This document shows positions 19,055 to 27,233 of a stretch of DNA of 32,000 nt, piece after piece. A program made the position numbers and the translations under genes. The DNA comes from an uncultured Chloroflexia bacterium. GTDB taxonomy: Bacteria > Chloroflexota > Ktedonobacteria > Ktedonobacterales > JADMIN01. The number at the start of each line of letters is the position of its first letter. Position 1 is the first letter of the stretch. The notes under the pieces were generated by a model. That model had not been told where the DNA came from and did no database searches. It was given only the letters and a program-made list of their open reading frames with translations. Location: positions 210,001-242,000 of the forward strand of contig CAVRAI010000004.1 of assembly GCA_963718915.1 (NCBI GenBank), in the 5' to 3' direction.

Positions 19055-19435
19055 ATGCAACCCAGGAGAGATGGCGCACTACAGGACGGCCCCGCACGGG
19101 CGGATCGGCCGGAGCGCCCCGACCGACCAGAGCGCTCAGATCGACCAGACCGACCAGACCGCTTTGATCGTCCCGGTGGCCCGCGTGGCGGCGGTCGCGG
19201 TCGTGATTTCCGCTCGCGTCGGAAGGTCTGCGCCTTTTGCGTCGATCATGTTCGTGAGATTGACTATAAGGATGTTGGGCGTCTGCGCCGCTACATCTCA
19301 GAGCGCGCCAAGATCGAGCCGCGCCGTAAGACAGGCACCTGCGCCAAGCATCAGCGTCGGCTTACCGTGGCGCTGAAGAATGCGCGACAGATGGCGCTTT
19401 TGCCCTATACCGCTGCACAAATTCGCGGCTCCTGA
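19055..19435 (+). CDS. rpsR: 30S ribosomal protein S18 with a repeat-containing N-terminal extension
   Basis: [62 protein letters not shown] is the S18 core. About 50 extra N-terminal residues precede it. A GAGGAG RBS is present. Confidence 0.9.
   Translation: MQPRRDGALQDGPARADRPERPDRPERSDRPDRPDRFDRPGGPRGGGRGRDFRSRRKVCAFCVDHVREIDYKDVGRLRRYISERAKIEPRRKTGTCAKHQRRLTVALKNARQMALLPYTAAQIRGS
19103..19174 (+). repeat. Degenerate 18-nt tandem repeat x4 inside rpsR, encoding [24 protein letters not shown]
   Basis: gatcggccggagcgcccc / gaccgaccagagcgctca / gatcgaccagaccgacca / gaccgctttgatcgtccc, read in frame. Confidence 0.8.
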
Positions 19436-19535
19436 TGGTACACTGGTGGAAACGCGCGCTGAGGGGAGGGAAGACCCATCGGCGGGCGGCCAGTCAATCC
19501 ATTGAGCACCACAGGTGGAGAAACCGAACGCGCCT

Positions 19536-20819
19536 ATGAGTAACGAGACTCTGCAAAAACCGCCACGGCAAAACGCCCGTTCACGCGCCTCGAACCGCAA
19601 CACACAGTTTAAGCGGCAGACAGCGCGTCTTGAAGGCCGACGTGACGGCAAACCCTTACTGTTCGGCTGGGGAGGACACCTCACCAAAGCCCAAAAGTCG
19701 CGCTACCAGACTGTGGCGGCGTATTCGTTCCTGGGAATTGTCATCGGCACGGTGATCATTGCGGTTGTGCTCGGCATCCTCAATCAGAATGTCTTCATCC
19801 CTAACAAGACGTTTCTCACAGTCAATGGCGTGACGTATACGCAGGATCAGTATCGTAAAACCCTCGCGTATGAAGCGCAGACAGTCTGGAACAAGCTGCA
19901 GATCGAGATTCATCAGATGAACGATCTCCAGACCAAGGTTCAGCAGGGCGACGCGGCAGCCTCGACGCAGAACCAGATCCTGATCTCCCAGATTCAGACC
20001 GACGAGTCAACCTATCAGCAGGCGCAGATTACCGCTTCGACGGCAACGCTGATGACGGAAGACGAGCTGATTAAGGAAGGCGCGCGCCGCCTCGAGCAGC
20101 AGGACCATGTCTCAGCCTCCACCTTTACACCCTCGAAAGCAGACATTGATAAAGCGGTGGACACATTCAAGAAGTCCTTCCCCGCGAACGAAAAATACAG
20201 CGACTTCCTGGCGAAAAATGGCCTGACTGAGGCGGATGTCCGCAATTTCGCTCAGATTCAACTCCGGCGCGACAAGATGGAGACGTATCTACAGAGCCTG
20301 CTCAAATCGCCTACGCGCCAGGCACATCTGCGGCACATCGAAGTGAACAAACAGGCGGATGCGCAGGATGTGCTCAATCAGTTGCGCAAGACCGGCGACT
20401 GGAATGGGCTGGCGAAGAAATATTCGCTGGATGTGGATAGCAAGGATAAGGGCGGAGATATCGGCTGGATCGCCCCTGGAACGGGTGACGCCGGAATCGA
20501 ACTCTGGTGGACAGCGTCTGGCCGTAAGGTCAACGACATCAGCGGGCCGATACATGACGCCAGCGGCACCTGGGATATCGTGCAGGTTCTCGGCTTCGAC
20601 GATAACCGTGCGGTTGACGCGACCGCGTTGAGTGACGCCAAGGCGAACATCCTTTCGCACTGGCTCGGCGGTGAGAAAGCGCTACCAAGTTACACAATTG
20701 GCGCGCCTGACAACGACATGCTGACCGCGGCTCGCAATATGCCGAAGCTCCCGGATTTGAATGCGACGTTGCCTAATGTCAGCGGCCAACAACCAGTGAT
20801 TCCGCCGGCGAACGGGTAA
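19536..20819 (+). CDS. Membrane-anchored parvulin-type peptidyl-prolyl isomerase (PrsA/SurA-like)
   Basis: The TM anchor is AAYSFLGIVIGTVIIAVVLGIL. The PpiC rotamase block is AHLRHIEV...KKYSLDVDSKDKGGDIGWIAPG...GPIHDASGTWDIVQVLG. The start is ambiguous between GTG 19515 and ATG 19536. Confidence 0.75.
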   Translation: MSNETLQKPPRQNARSRASNRNTQFKRQTARLEGRRDGKPLLFGWGGHLTKAQKSRYQTVAAYSFLGIVIGTVIIAVVLGILNQNVFIPNKTFLTVNGVTYTQDQYRKTLAYEAQTVWNKLQIEIHQMNDLQTKVQQGDAAASTQNQILISQIQTDESTYQQAQITASTATLMTEDELIKEGARRLEQQDHVSASTFTPSKADIDKAVDTFKKSFPANEKYSDFLAKNGLTEADVRNFAQIQLRRDKMETYLQSLLKSPTRQAHLRHIEVNKQADAQDVLNQLRKTGDWNGLAKKYSLDVDSKDKGGDIGWIAPGTGDAGIELWWTASGRKVNDISGPIHDASGTWDIVQVLGFDDNRAVDATALSDAKANILSHWLGGEKALPSYTIGAPDNDMLTAARNMPKLPDLNATLPNVSGQQPVIPPANG

Positions 20820-20919
20820 CCGCGGATTGTCGGCTGGATTCATAGCGTGAACTCTTCGGCATGTCGGCTCGATGCTGGCATGCCGTTGGTGTTTGCGGCG
20901 GGGAGCGTGGAGGCTGACT

Positions 20920-22219
20920 ATGAATAGGCGGACTGAACAGAAACGAGACGATGTACGGATAGCAGGCAGCGGAAGCATGTCTGGCGCGCTGCCCGCTGAG
21001 CTGGAGTCGATCTCGCTCTATCTTCACGTGCCGTTCTGCCATGCCAAGTGCCACTACTGTGACTTCAACTCCTACGCTGGTATGCTCGGCCAGCGAGAAG
21101 TCTACGTGGATGCGCTGGCGCGGGAAATTCGGTTGGCAGGGCAGCGCGCGCGACTGGCGGATGGCACGCCGCGCCGTTGCCGCACCATCTTCTTCGGCGG
21201 CGGAACGCCCAGCCTGCTGACTGCCGCGCAGGTGGAAGGGTTATTGCGCGAGGCGCGAGCAGCCTTTGCCGTCGATGATGATGCTGAGATTACGCTGGAG
21301 GCCAACCCAGGCACGCTGGAATATGGGCGGCTCGATGCCCTGCGTGCAACCGGCGTCAATCGGCTGAGCATGGGCGCGCAGAGCTTCGATGCGGGTTTGC
21401 TGCGCTGGATGGGGCGCATTCATTCCCCCGAAGAGATCGAGACAGCGTTCGCGGCGGCGCGTCGAGCCGGGTTTACTAGCATCAACCTCGATTTCATCTT
21501 CGCGCTGCCCAACCAGTCGCTGGCCACCTGGGCCGATACATTGGAGCGCGCGCTGGCGCTTGGCCCAGAGCATCTCTCGCTCTACTCGCTGATCGTCGAG
21601 GAGGGCACCCCGCTCTTTAGCTGGGTGCGCGAGGGACGAGTGATTCCAGCGGACGACGACACCGCCGCCGATATGTATGAGCACGCCATGGAGCGGCTGG
21701 CTGCGCGCGGGTTACGGGCAGTATGAAATCTCGAACTGGGCGCTTCCTGGCCATGAGAGTCGCCACAATCTGACCTACTGGCGCAATCTGCCGTATATAG
21801 GACTGGGAGCAGGCGCGCATTCCTGCTTTGCGGGCCATCGCTTTGCCGAGGCGAGGCCTATCGCTGGCTATATCGCCAGGGTGCGCGCTTCTCTGGCCGC
21901 GAACGAGGCGGGTGGAGGAACGACGGCCCTGCCAGCGGGCGCTATCGTCGAGGATGAGGTTGTCTCATCAGCGATGGCCATGGCGGAAACGGCGATGCTG
22001 GGGCTGCGGCTCAACGCTGGTCTCTCGCGCTCGGAGTTCGCCGCGCGCTATGGCTGCTCCTTCGAGCAGGTCTTCGACGAGAGCTTGGCCGATGTGCGCG
22101 GGTTGGGGCTAATCGAGACGGTTGGCGACCGCATCCGGCTGACAGAGCATGGGCGGCTGCTGGGCAATGAGGTTTTCGCGCGGCTGCTGCCAGACGAGCC
22201 AGCGGCGATAGCGGGTTAG
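20920..22219 (+). pseudogene. hemW: Radical-SAM HemW/HemN-like (oxygen-independent coproporphyrinogen oxidase family) gene, frameshifted near 21704-21715
   Basis: ORF 20872..21726 carries LYLHVPFCHAKCHYCDF (CxxxCxxC). It ends ...MERLAARGLRAV*. ORF 21677..22219, in the +1 frame, continues with GYGQYEISNWALPGHESRHNLTYWRNLPYIGLGAGAHS. That is the expected continuation in one polypeptide. The start ATG 20920 has GGAGG 6 nt upstream. Confidence 0.8.
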
Positions 22220-22246
22220 GAACGATTCACAAGACAGGCCGTATGC

Positions 22247-24092
22247 ATGAGTGAGATAGCTGATGATGGGGCAGGAACCATAGCAGGTTGGCCAGCTGAT
22301 GCGGTGGGCGTATTTGCGCCATTGTTGCGGGCGCGGTTACAGCCCCGACCGCAACTGGAGTCCGCCGATTTGAGCGTGCTTGGTGAGAGTCGGGGGCATC
22401 GGCTTCAGGCGCAGTTGTTATTCAACCGCGGGATTGCGGTTGACGGCATGCGCGATTTCCTGCGCGGCGACTGGCATGCCAATCCGGCGCTGGCAAAGCT
22501 GCCCGCGTTTCAGGCGGCGGTTGCCCGGCTGCGACGGGCAGTGGACGAGCGGGAGCCGATCACCGTCTTCGGGGACTACGACTGTGACGGCATCACCTCC
22601 TGCGCGATTCTTGTGCGGGCGCTGGCGGCGGCTAGGCGCGGTGGTTGACAGCAAGATTCCCAGCCGCGATGACGACGGGCGCGGTTTGAACCCCGACGTG
22701 GTGCGCGAGTTACATGAGCGCGGAACACGACTGATCGTCACAACTGACTGTGGCACGGCCAATGTCGCCGAGGTGGAGCAGGCGCGCGCGCTGGGCATGG
22801 ATGTGCTGGTGACGGATCATCACCCGCCGCATGGCGAGAATGTCGCGAGCCTGGAGGGCATGATCGTCGTTAATCCGCTGGTTACGCTGGATGACGCCTT
22901 CGACCCGAATCTCTGCGGCGCGGGGGTCGCATTTCGCGTGGCCGAGGCGCTGCTGCGGTCGCTCCCGGATTTCCCAGCCGAGAAGACGCTTGAGGAATTG
23001 CTCGATCTGGCCGCTGTTGGCACGGTCTCCGATGTGGTTCCGCTCTCACCATCCAACTGGGCGCTGGCTCATGCCGGTCTCGAACGACTGCGTACGGCGG
23101 CCCGGCCCGGTCTGCGCGCGCTGATGGAGCGCGCGGGGCTATCCCCGGCCAATGTAACCGACCGTGATATCTCGTTCGCGATTGCGCCGCGGCTGAACGC
23201 GGCTCCACGCCTGGGCAAGCCGGAGCTTGCGCTCGAGCTGTTGCTGGCGGATTCGATGGAGCGGGCGCGCGCGTTGGCGGCGGAGATCGAGGCGCTCAAT
23301 ACGCAACGCCAGCGCGATCTGGATGGGATGATGGCTGGCGCGCACGTGCAGGCGGTCGATCAGGTCGCGGCAGGGATGAGCGTCCTGCTGGTCACTGGCG
23401 AAGACTGGTCATTTGGACTAATTGGTCTGGTTGCCGGTCGGCTGGCTGAGGAGTTTCATCGCCCAGCCTTCGCGCTCAGTCATCGTGGCGGCGAATATCG
23501 CGCATCTGGGCGCGGGCCGGATGGCGTAGACCTGGGCCAGGCATTGGCGCAAAAGGCGACGCTCTTCCGTCGGTTTGGTGGCCATGCGCGCGCGGCAGGG
23601 TTTACTGTCCTGGATGCCGACTTTGCTGATCTGCGCCAGTATCTCATGGAGTATCCCTGGTCGTCTGGTCTCGCTGGAGAAGCGGCGCGGGCCACGCAAT
23701 CGGAGCATGCGCCAGTGATTGAGCCTGATTGTGCGCTTCCTCTCGGCCTGGTGAGCAGCGAGCGCTATCTGGCGGTTCATGCGCTGGAGCCATATGGCCC
23801 GTCCTTTCCGGAACCAATCTTCCTGGCGCAGAACCTCGCCATCACACGTTGCTGGCGCTCCGGCCCCGAGGGGCGTACCTTGCGCTTGAAGCTTCGTGAC
23901 GAGCATGGCCGCGAGCATGTGGTGCTCTGGTCGCGCGCGGGCGAGCGGTTCGATGCGGTTCAGCCGCTACTTCCACAGCTTCCTCGCTGCGATGTCGCGT
24001 ATACCCTCTCAGCGTTCTCGCGCCGTGATGGGCAGGTCGATCTCCTGGTGCGACTGGTGGCGGTGGCTCCGGCGAGCGACTCTGCCTTGTAG
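22247..24092 (+). pseudogene. recJ: Single-stranded-DNA exonuclease RecJ, frameshifted near 22625-22645
   Basis: ORF 22247..22648 ends ...ITVFGDYDCDGITSCAILVRALAAARRGG*, which contains DHH motif I. ORF 22380..24092 continues in another frame with LGAVVDSKIPSRDDDGRGLNP...LIVTTDCG...VLVTDHHPP. That is the normal RecJ motif order. Confidence 0.85.
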
Positions 24093-24168
24093 CATACAAA
24101 GAGGCCATTGGCTCATGACCAACGACCTCTGAAATCCTCCGCGAGGGCTGCGCTAATGCGCTTGTCGT

Positions 24169-24753
24169 TTACTGCACACCGGCCAGTTTTGGCTCAGTGT
24201 CGGACACCGAACGCACCGTCTCGACGGTTTCTTTGCCCGTGACCATCTCGGCCACCTCGAAGATGAGCGTACCCAGCACCACAACCGCCGCGATGGCAAA
24301 CGCGATCCCCGCGATGAAGGCAATCTGTGCGATGACCGAGAACGTCCACGCCTGATTGAGCATCGAGCGCAACGTCTCCCCCTTGAAGAGCGTATCGGCA
24401 ATCGCCTGGTCTTTGGCGGCCACCGTCGGGTCAGTGGCAAGGCGCGCCTGGGTGCTCCAGTAGGAGTACGGATGCCCCTGGCCAATCTCGCTCAGGTGAA
24501 GTCCGATGTACTTCTCAGCATAGGCCTGCGCCTGCTCGCCAGTGAGTACCTGCTGCCCGGCATATTGGCTCAGGTCTTTTGGTAGCCCCTGCGCTGTGTT
24601 TGCTGGGAAGAAGATCTGCTGCGGGGCCAGTTGGTCGTGAATCTGGGTGGTGGTGAAGCTGTTGGCGACGAAGCCAGCGCCTGAGCCAAAGGCGAGCACG
24701 AGCAGCGCCACGATCTGCAAGATGATGATGCGCCAGCGAATGGACCGAGTCAT
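24169..24753 (-). CDS. Two-TM membrane protein (hypothetical)
   Basis: AGGGGAG RBS. The N-terminal TM is WRIIILQIVALLVLAFGSGAGFV and the C-terminal TM is FSVIAQIAFIAGIAFAIAAVVVLGTLIF. A soluble loop of about 110 aa lies between them. Confidence 0.55.
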   Translation of the reverse strand: MTRSIRWRIIILQIVALLVLAFGSGAGFVANSFTTTQIHDQLAPQQIFFPANTAQGLPKDLSQYAGQQVLTGEQAQAYAEKYIGLHLSEIGQGHPYSYWSTQARLATDPTVAAKDQAIADTLFKGETLRSMLNQAWTFSVIAQIAFIAGIAFAIAAVVVLGTLIFEVAEMVTGKETVETVRSVSDTEPKLAGVQ

Positions 24754-24988
24754 GTGAATCTCCCCTCTCTCACAATGATGACTAATTTTCTGGTTTGGAG
24801 CCTCTCGGCGTCCGGTTCGTTGTTACCTCTTACAGCCATCACAATACAGGCAGTGCATCACGCCGCTATCACGGCGCTATCCCGCTCATATCACAGCCGC
24901 ATCACAGGAAACTCGCTATGCGCACGGTGAGTGCTTGACACTCCGGTTACCGGAGGCTGCACACTGGTCATAAGGTATACCAGACGCC

Positions 24989-26290
24989 GTGCGAAGAAAG
25001 CGAGTACGCAAAATGCCCCCACAGCGCGATCAACGCGATCCATCATCGTCCTCTTCCTCCAGCATCAGCCGGGATGCGAAGTTCAGCGTATCAAATCCCC
25101 CACAGCAACCGCTTACTGAGGTGGCCGCGCTCCGCCTGGAACTGGATGCGCTTCGTAGCAAGACCGCCGCATATCAGCGAGATCTTGCGCATCTACGCTC
25201 ACAGCTAGACGCGCTCCGCGCTGTCATGGATGCCGATGTGCCTGTGGAGATCAGGTCTGGCGCACTGACATCGATCCCAGCCAGTAATGCCAGTAATGCC
25301 AGTAATGCCTCCAATTCCGCCGAGACACGCCAACAGACGCTTGACGAGAGAAGAGCCAGCCGCCGAACCATCCTCAAATGGGGTGGATTGGGCGCGGCAG
25401 CCGCGCTTGCCGCCACCGGGGGAGTCACTGTTACCAGCCAGACGGCCCACGCCGACGATGGCGCTAATCTTATCCTGGGGACAACCAACTATGAACAGCA
25501 CAAGTCGCAAATCATCTATAACGGCTCCCAGGTGGATGGCGCATTTATGGCTGTGGGTCCCGCGAATGGCACAGGAATCCAGGGCGAGGTCGTCAGCGCG
25601 GGCCGAGGAGTCTACGGCTACGCTGGCGTTGGAGGCAATGGCGTCTATGGCGAATCTTCCGGCGCGAACTCCAGTGGCGTCGTTGGCCATAGCGCTGATG
25701 GGTACGGTGTGGTAGGCAATACCGACACAGGGATTGACCTGGTGGCGTATGGTACCGGTCGGCTCTGGCAAAGGCCCACTGCGTTCGTAGGCGCTCCAAC
25801 CGCAGGCTCCCACGTTGCCGGTGAGCAGATCCGTGACAACAGTGGCGACCTCTATATTTGTGTCGCGAGTGGCTCACCCGGCTCGTGGCGCAAGGTAGCC
25901 ACGGGCATCCCAGGCGTCAGCGGCGCCATCAACTTCCTCGTGACCCCCATCCGTCTGCTCGATACCCGCACCAGCTCCGCCTGGTTGGCTGGCTCAATTC
26001 ACACCTTGCAGGTAACCGGCGTCTCCATCGGCGGCATCAGCGTGCCCACTGGCGCGATTGGAGTCATCGGCAACGTGACGGTGGTGGGACCAACGGGATC
26101 GGGCGACCTGAGGCTCTATCCTGGCGCGACCATCCCGAGCACCAGCTCGATCAACTTCGCGAACGGCCAGGTCATTGCCAACGGTGTCACGGTCGGCCTC
26201 AACGGCAGCGGCCAGTTCAACATCAAAGTAGATATGCCCGCTGGCGCCACCACCCACGTCCTCTTTGACGCCAGCGGCTTTATCCTCTGA
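24989..26290 (+). CDS. Tat-signal-bearing Gly-rich secreted/anchored protein (hypothetical)
   Basis: A twin-arginine motif with h-region and AxA site, SRRTILKWGGLGAAAALAATGG...QTAHA/DD, begins at about residue 124 of the longest ORF. Downstream are repeated G-x-G-V-x-G units and a beta-rich C-terminal domain. The start codon is uncertain: GTG 24989, ATG 25013 or ATG 25226. Confidence 0.6.
   Translation: MRRKRVRKMPPQRDQRDPSSSSSSSISRDAKFSVSNPPQQPLTEVAALRLELDALRSKTAAYQRDLAHLRSQLDALRAVMDADVPVEIRSGALTSIPASNASNASNASNSAETRQQTLDERRASRRTILKWGGLGAAAALAATGGVTVTSQTAHADDGANLILGTTNYEQHKSQIIYNGSQVDGAFMAVGPANGTGIQGEVVSAGRGVYGYAGVGGNGVYGESSGANSSGVVGHSADGYGVVGNTDTGIDLVAYGTGRLWQRPTAFVGAPTAGSHVAGEQIRDNSGDLYICVASGSPGSWRKVATGIPGVSGAINFLVTPIRLLDTRTSSAWLAGSIHTLQVTGVSIGGISVPTGAIGVIGNVTVVGPTGSGDLRLYPGATIPSTSSINFANGQVIANGVTVGLNGSGQFNIKVDMPAGATTHVLFDASGFIL
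25283..25309 (+). repeat. Perfect tandem 9-nt repeat x3 (AGTAATGCC), encoding (S)NA repeats
   Basis: Read directly. It translates to NASNASNASNS just upstream of the Tat motif. Confidence 0.9.
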
Positions 26291-26303
26291 GTGCGAGAGC
26301 CAC

Positions 26304-26342
26304 GAAAATGCCCCGCCACCCAAGTGCTGGATGAAGGGGCAT
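26304..26342. repeat. Hairpin repeat element, copy 1 (terminator-like, between convergent genes)
   Basis: gaaaATGCCCCgccacccaagtgctggatgaaGGGGCAT has a 7-bp GC-rich stem (26308-26314 with 26336-26342). On the minus strand ATTTTCG follows it. It is nearly identical to copy 2 at 27157. Confidence 0.75.
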
Positions 26343-26358
26343 GCTTTCAATTGTCGGT

Positions 26359-26852
26359 TCACTCTCTAGCGCGCTTCAAGGCTTCAATGTATACACTGTC
26401 AGCCAGGTAGAAGCCTGCATGAGTACGAAGATCATCGAGGATCGGTTTGACCAATGGAATCAACCCACGTGCTTTTGCAAGAAGTAGAAGACCCACCACA
26501 CCGACGTAGGGTAGACCGAGCGAGGCAGCCGCGCGACGTGCCGCTTGGTCATCCAGCAGCACGAGTTGGGCTGTTGCGCAACCGCTAATGCTAGGGTTGC
26601 CGTTTCGCCGAGATCCAACATTGGGAACTGGCGTACCAATTGGTCACGGGCGAATGAATCAACATGCTCAACGAGAAACCAGGGAGCTGTCACTACGACG
26701 TCAGCGCCAGGATTATTGCCGCTGCCGCCAAGCACCAGTTCATCACGTACATCGCTGGCAATGGCGATCTGGCCATATAACTTCTGAAGCAGGTCGAGAT
26801 GACCCACTGCCGCCAGGTTCGTGATAGGACTCGTGTTGCTGATGACGCGCAT
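26359..26852 (-). pseudogene. PIN-like (DUF3368) toxin, frameshifted at the G-run 26568-26570
   Basis: ORF 26460..26852 reads MRVISNTSPITNLAAVGHLDLLQKLYG...LDLGETATLALAVAQQP and then goes out of frame. ORF 26359..26562 reads (V)LLDDQAARRAAASLGLPYVGVVGLLLLAKARGLIP.... Together they match the DUF3368 layout. There is an ATGA start/stop overlap with the upstream antitoxin gene. Confidence 0.7.
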
Positions 26853-27085
26853 CAGAGTTGTCCAAGTTGCTTGAGCGTATCGAGATCGTGATCTATATCC
26901 TCGACCCCATAGGCAAGCGGAATGCCCCGCTCCGCGAGCAGCCGCTGGAAATCCAGGAGACTTTTTCCGCCCAGGCGCGCGGCACGGGCAAGACTGAGCG
27001 TATGCGATGAATACAGCCCAACAGCGAGATCCAGACGCGCTTGCTCTTCGGTAATTTCCAGGTCGTCAGGAAGATTTAGGTGCAT
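26852..27085 (-). CDS. UPF0175-family antitoxin
   Basis: MHLNLPDDLEITEEQARLDLAVGLYSSHTLSLARAARLGGKSLLDFQRLLAERGIPLAY is typical of UPF0175, the usual partner of DUF3368 PIN proteins. AAGGAGG lies 6 nt upstream of ATG 27085. The track ORF start at 27211 reads through the repeat element. Confidence 0.7.
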   Translation of the reverse strand: MHLNLPDDLEITEEQARLDLAVGLYSSHTLSLARAARLGGKSLLDFQRLLAERGIPLAYGVEDIDHDLDTLKQLGQL

Positions 27086-27156
27086 TGGATGCCTCCTTCT
27101 TGGATTTCTTCTAGCGTACCACTTTCTTTGTCCTGGCTGCATTTGTGTGGCGCATA

Positions 27157-27210
27157 GAAATGCCCCTCCACCCAAGTGCTGGATAAGGGGCAGTGCTGGA
27201 TGAAGGGGCA
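27157..27210. repeat. Hairpin repeat element, copy 2, with a partial internal duplication
   Basis: gaaATGCCCCtccacccaagtgctggataaGGGGCA (27157-27192) is followed by a second gtgctggatgaaGGGGCA (27193-27210). The element lies between the clpC-like stop (27234) and the antitoxin start. Confidence 0.75.
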
Positions 27211-27233
27211 AGTTGCTCTACTCTGCTAGCAGA

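Noticed and set aside
18848-19506. Shared 10-mer TCCATTGAGC just downstream of ssb (18848-18857) and just downstream of rpsR (19496-19505)
   Set aside because: It is only 10 nt, with no extended similarity or associated structure. It could be chance. It is worth a genome-wide count but not a call.
24935-24976. TTGACA at 24935 as the -35 element of the Tat-protein gene promoter
   Set aside because: No acceptable -10 hexamer lies 16-19 nt downstream. TGCACA lies at 17 nt and TAAGGT only at 30 nt. I therefore report the palindrome and repeats but not a promoter.
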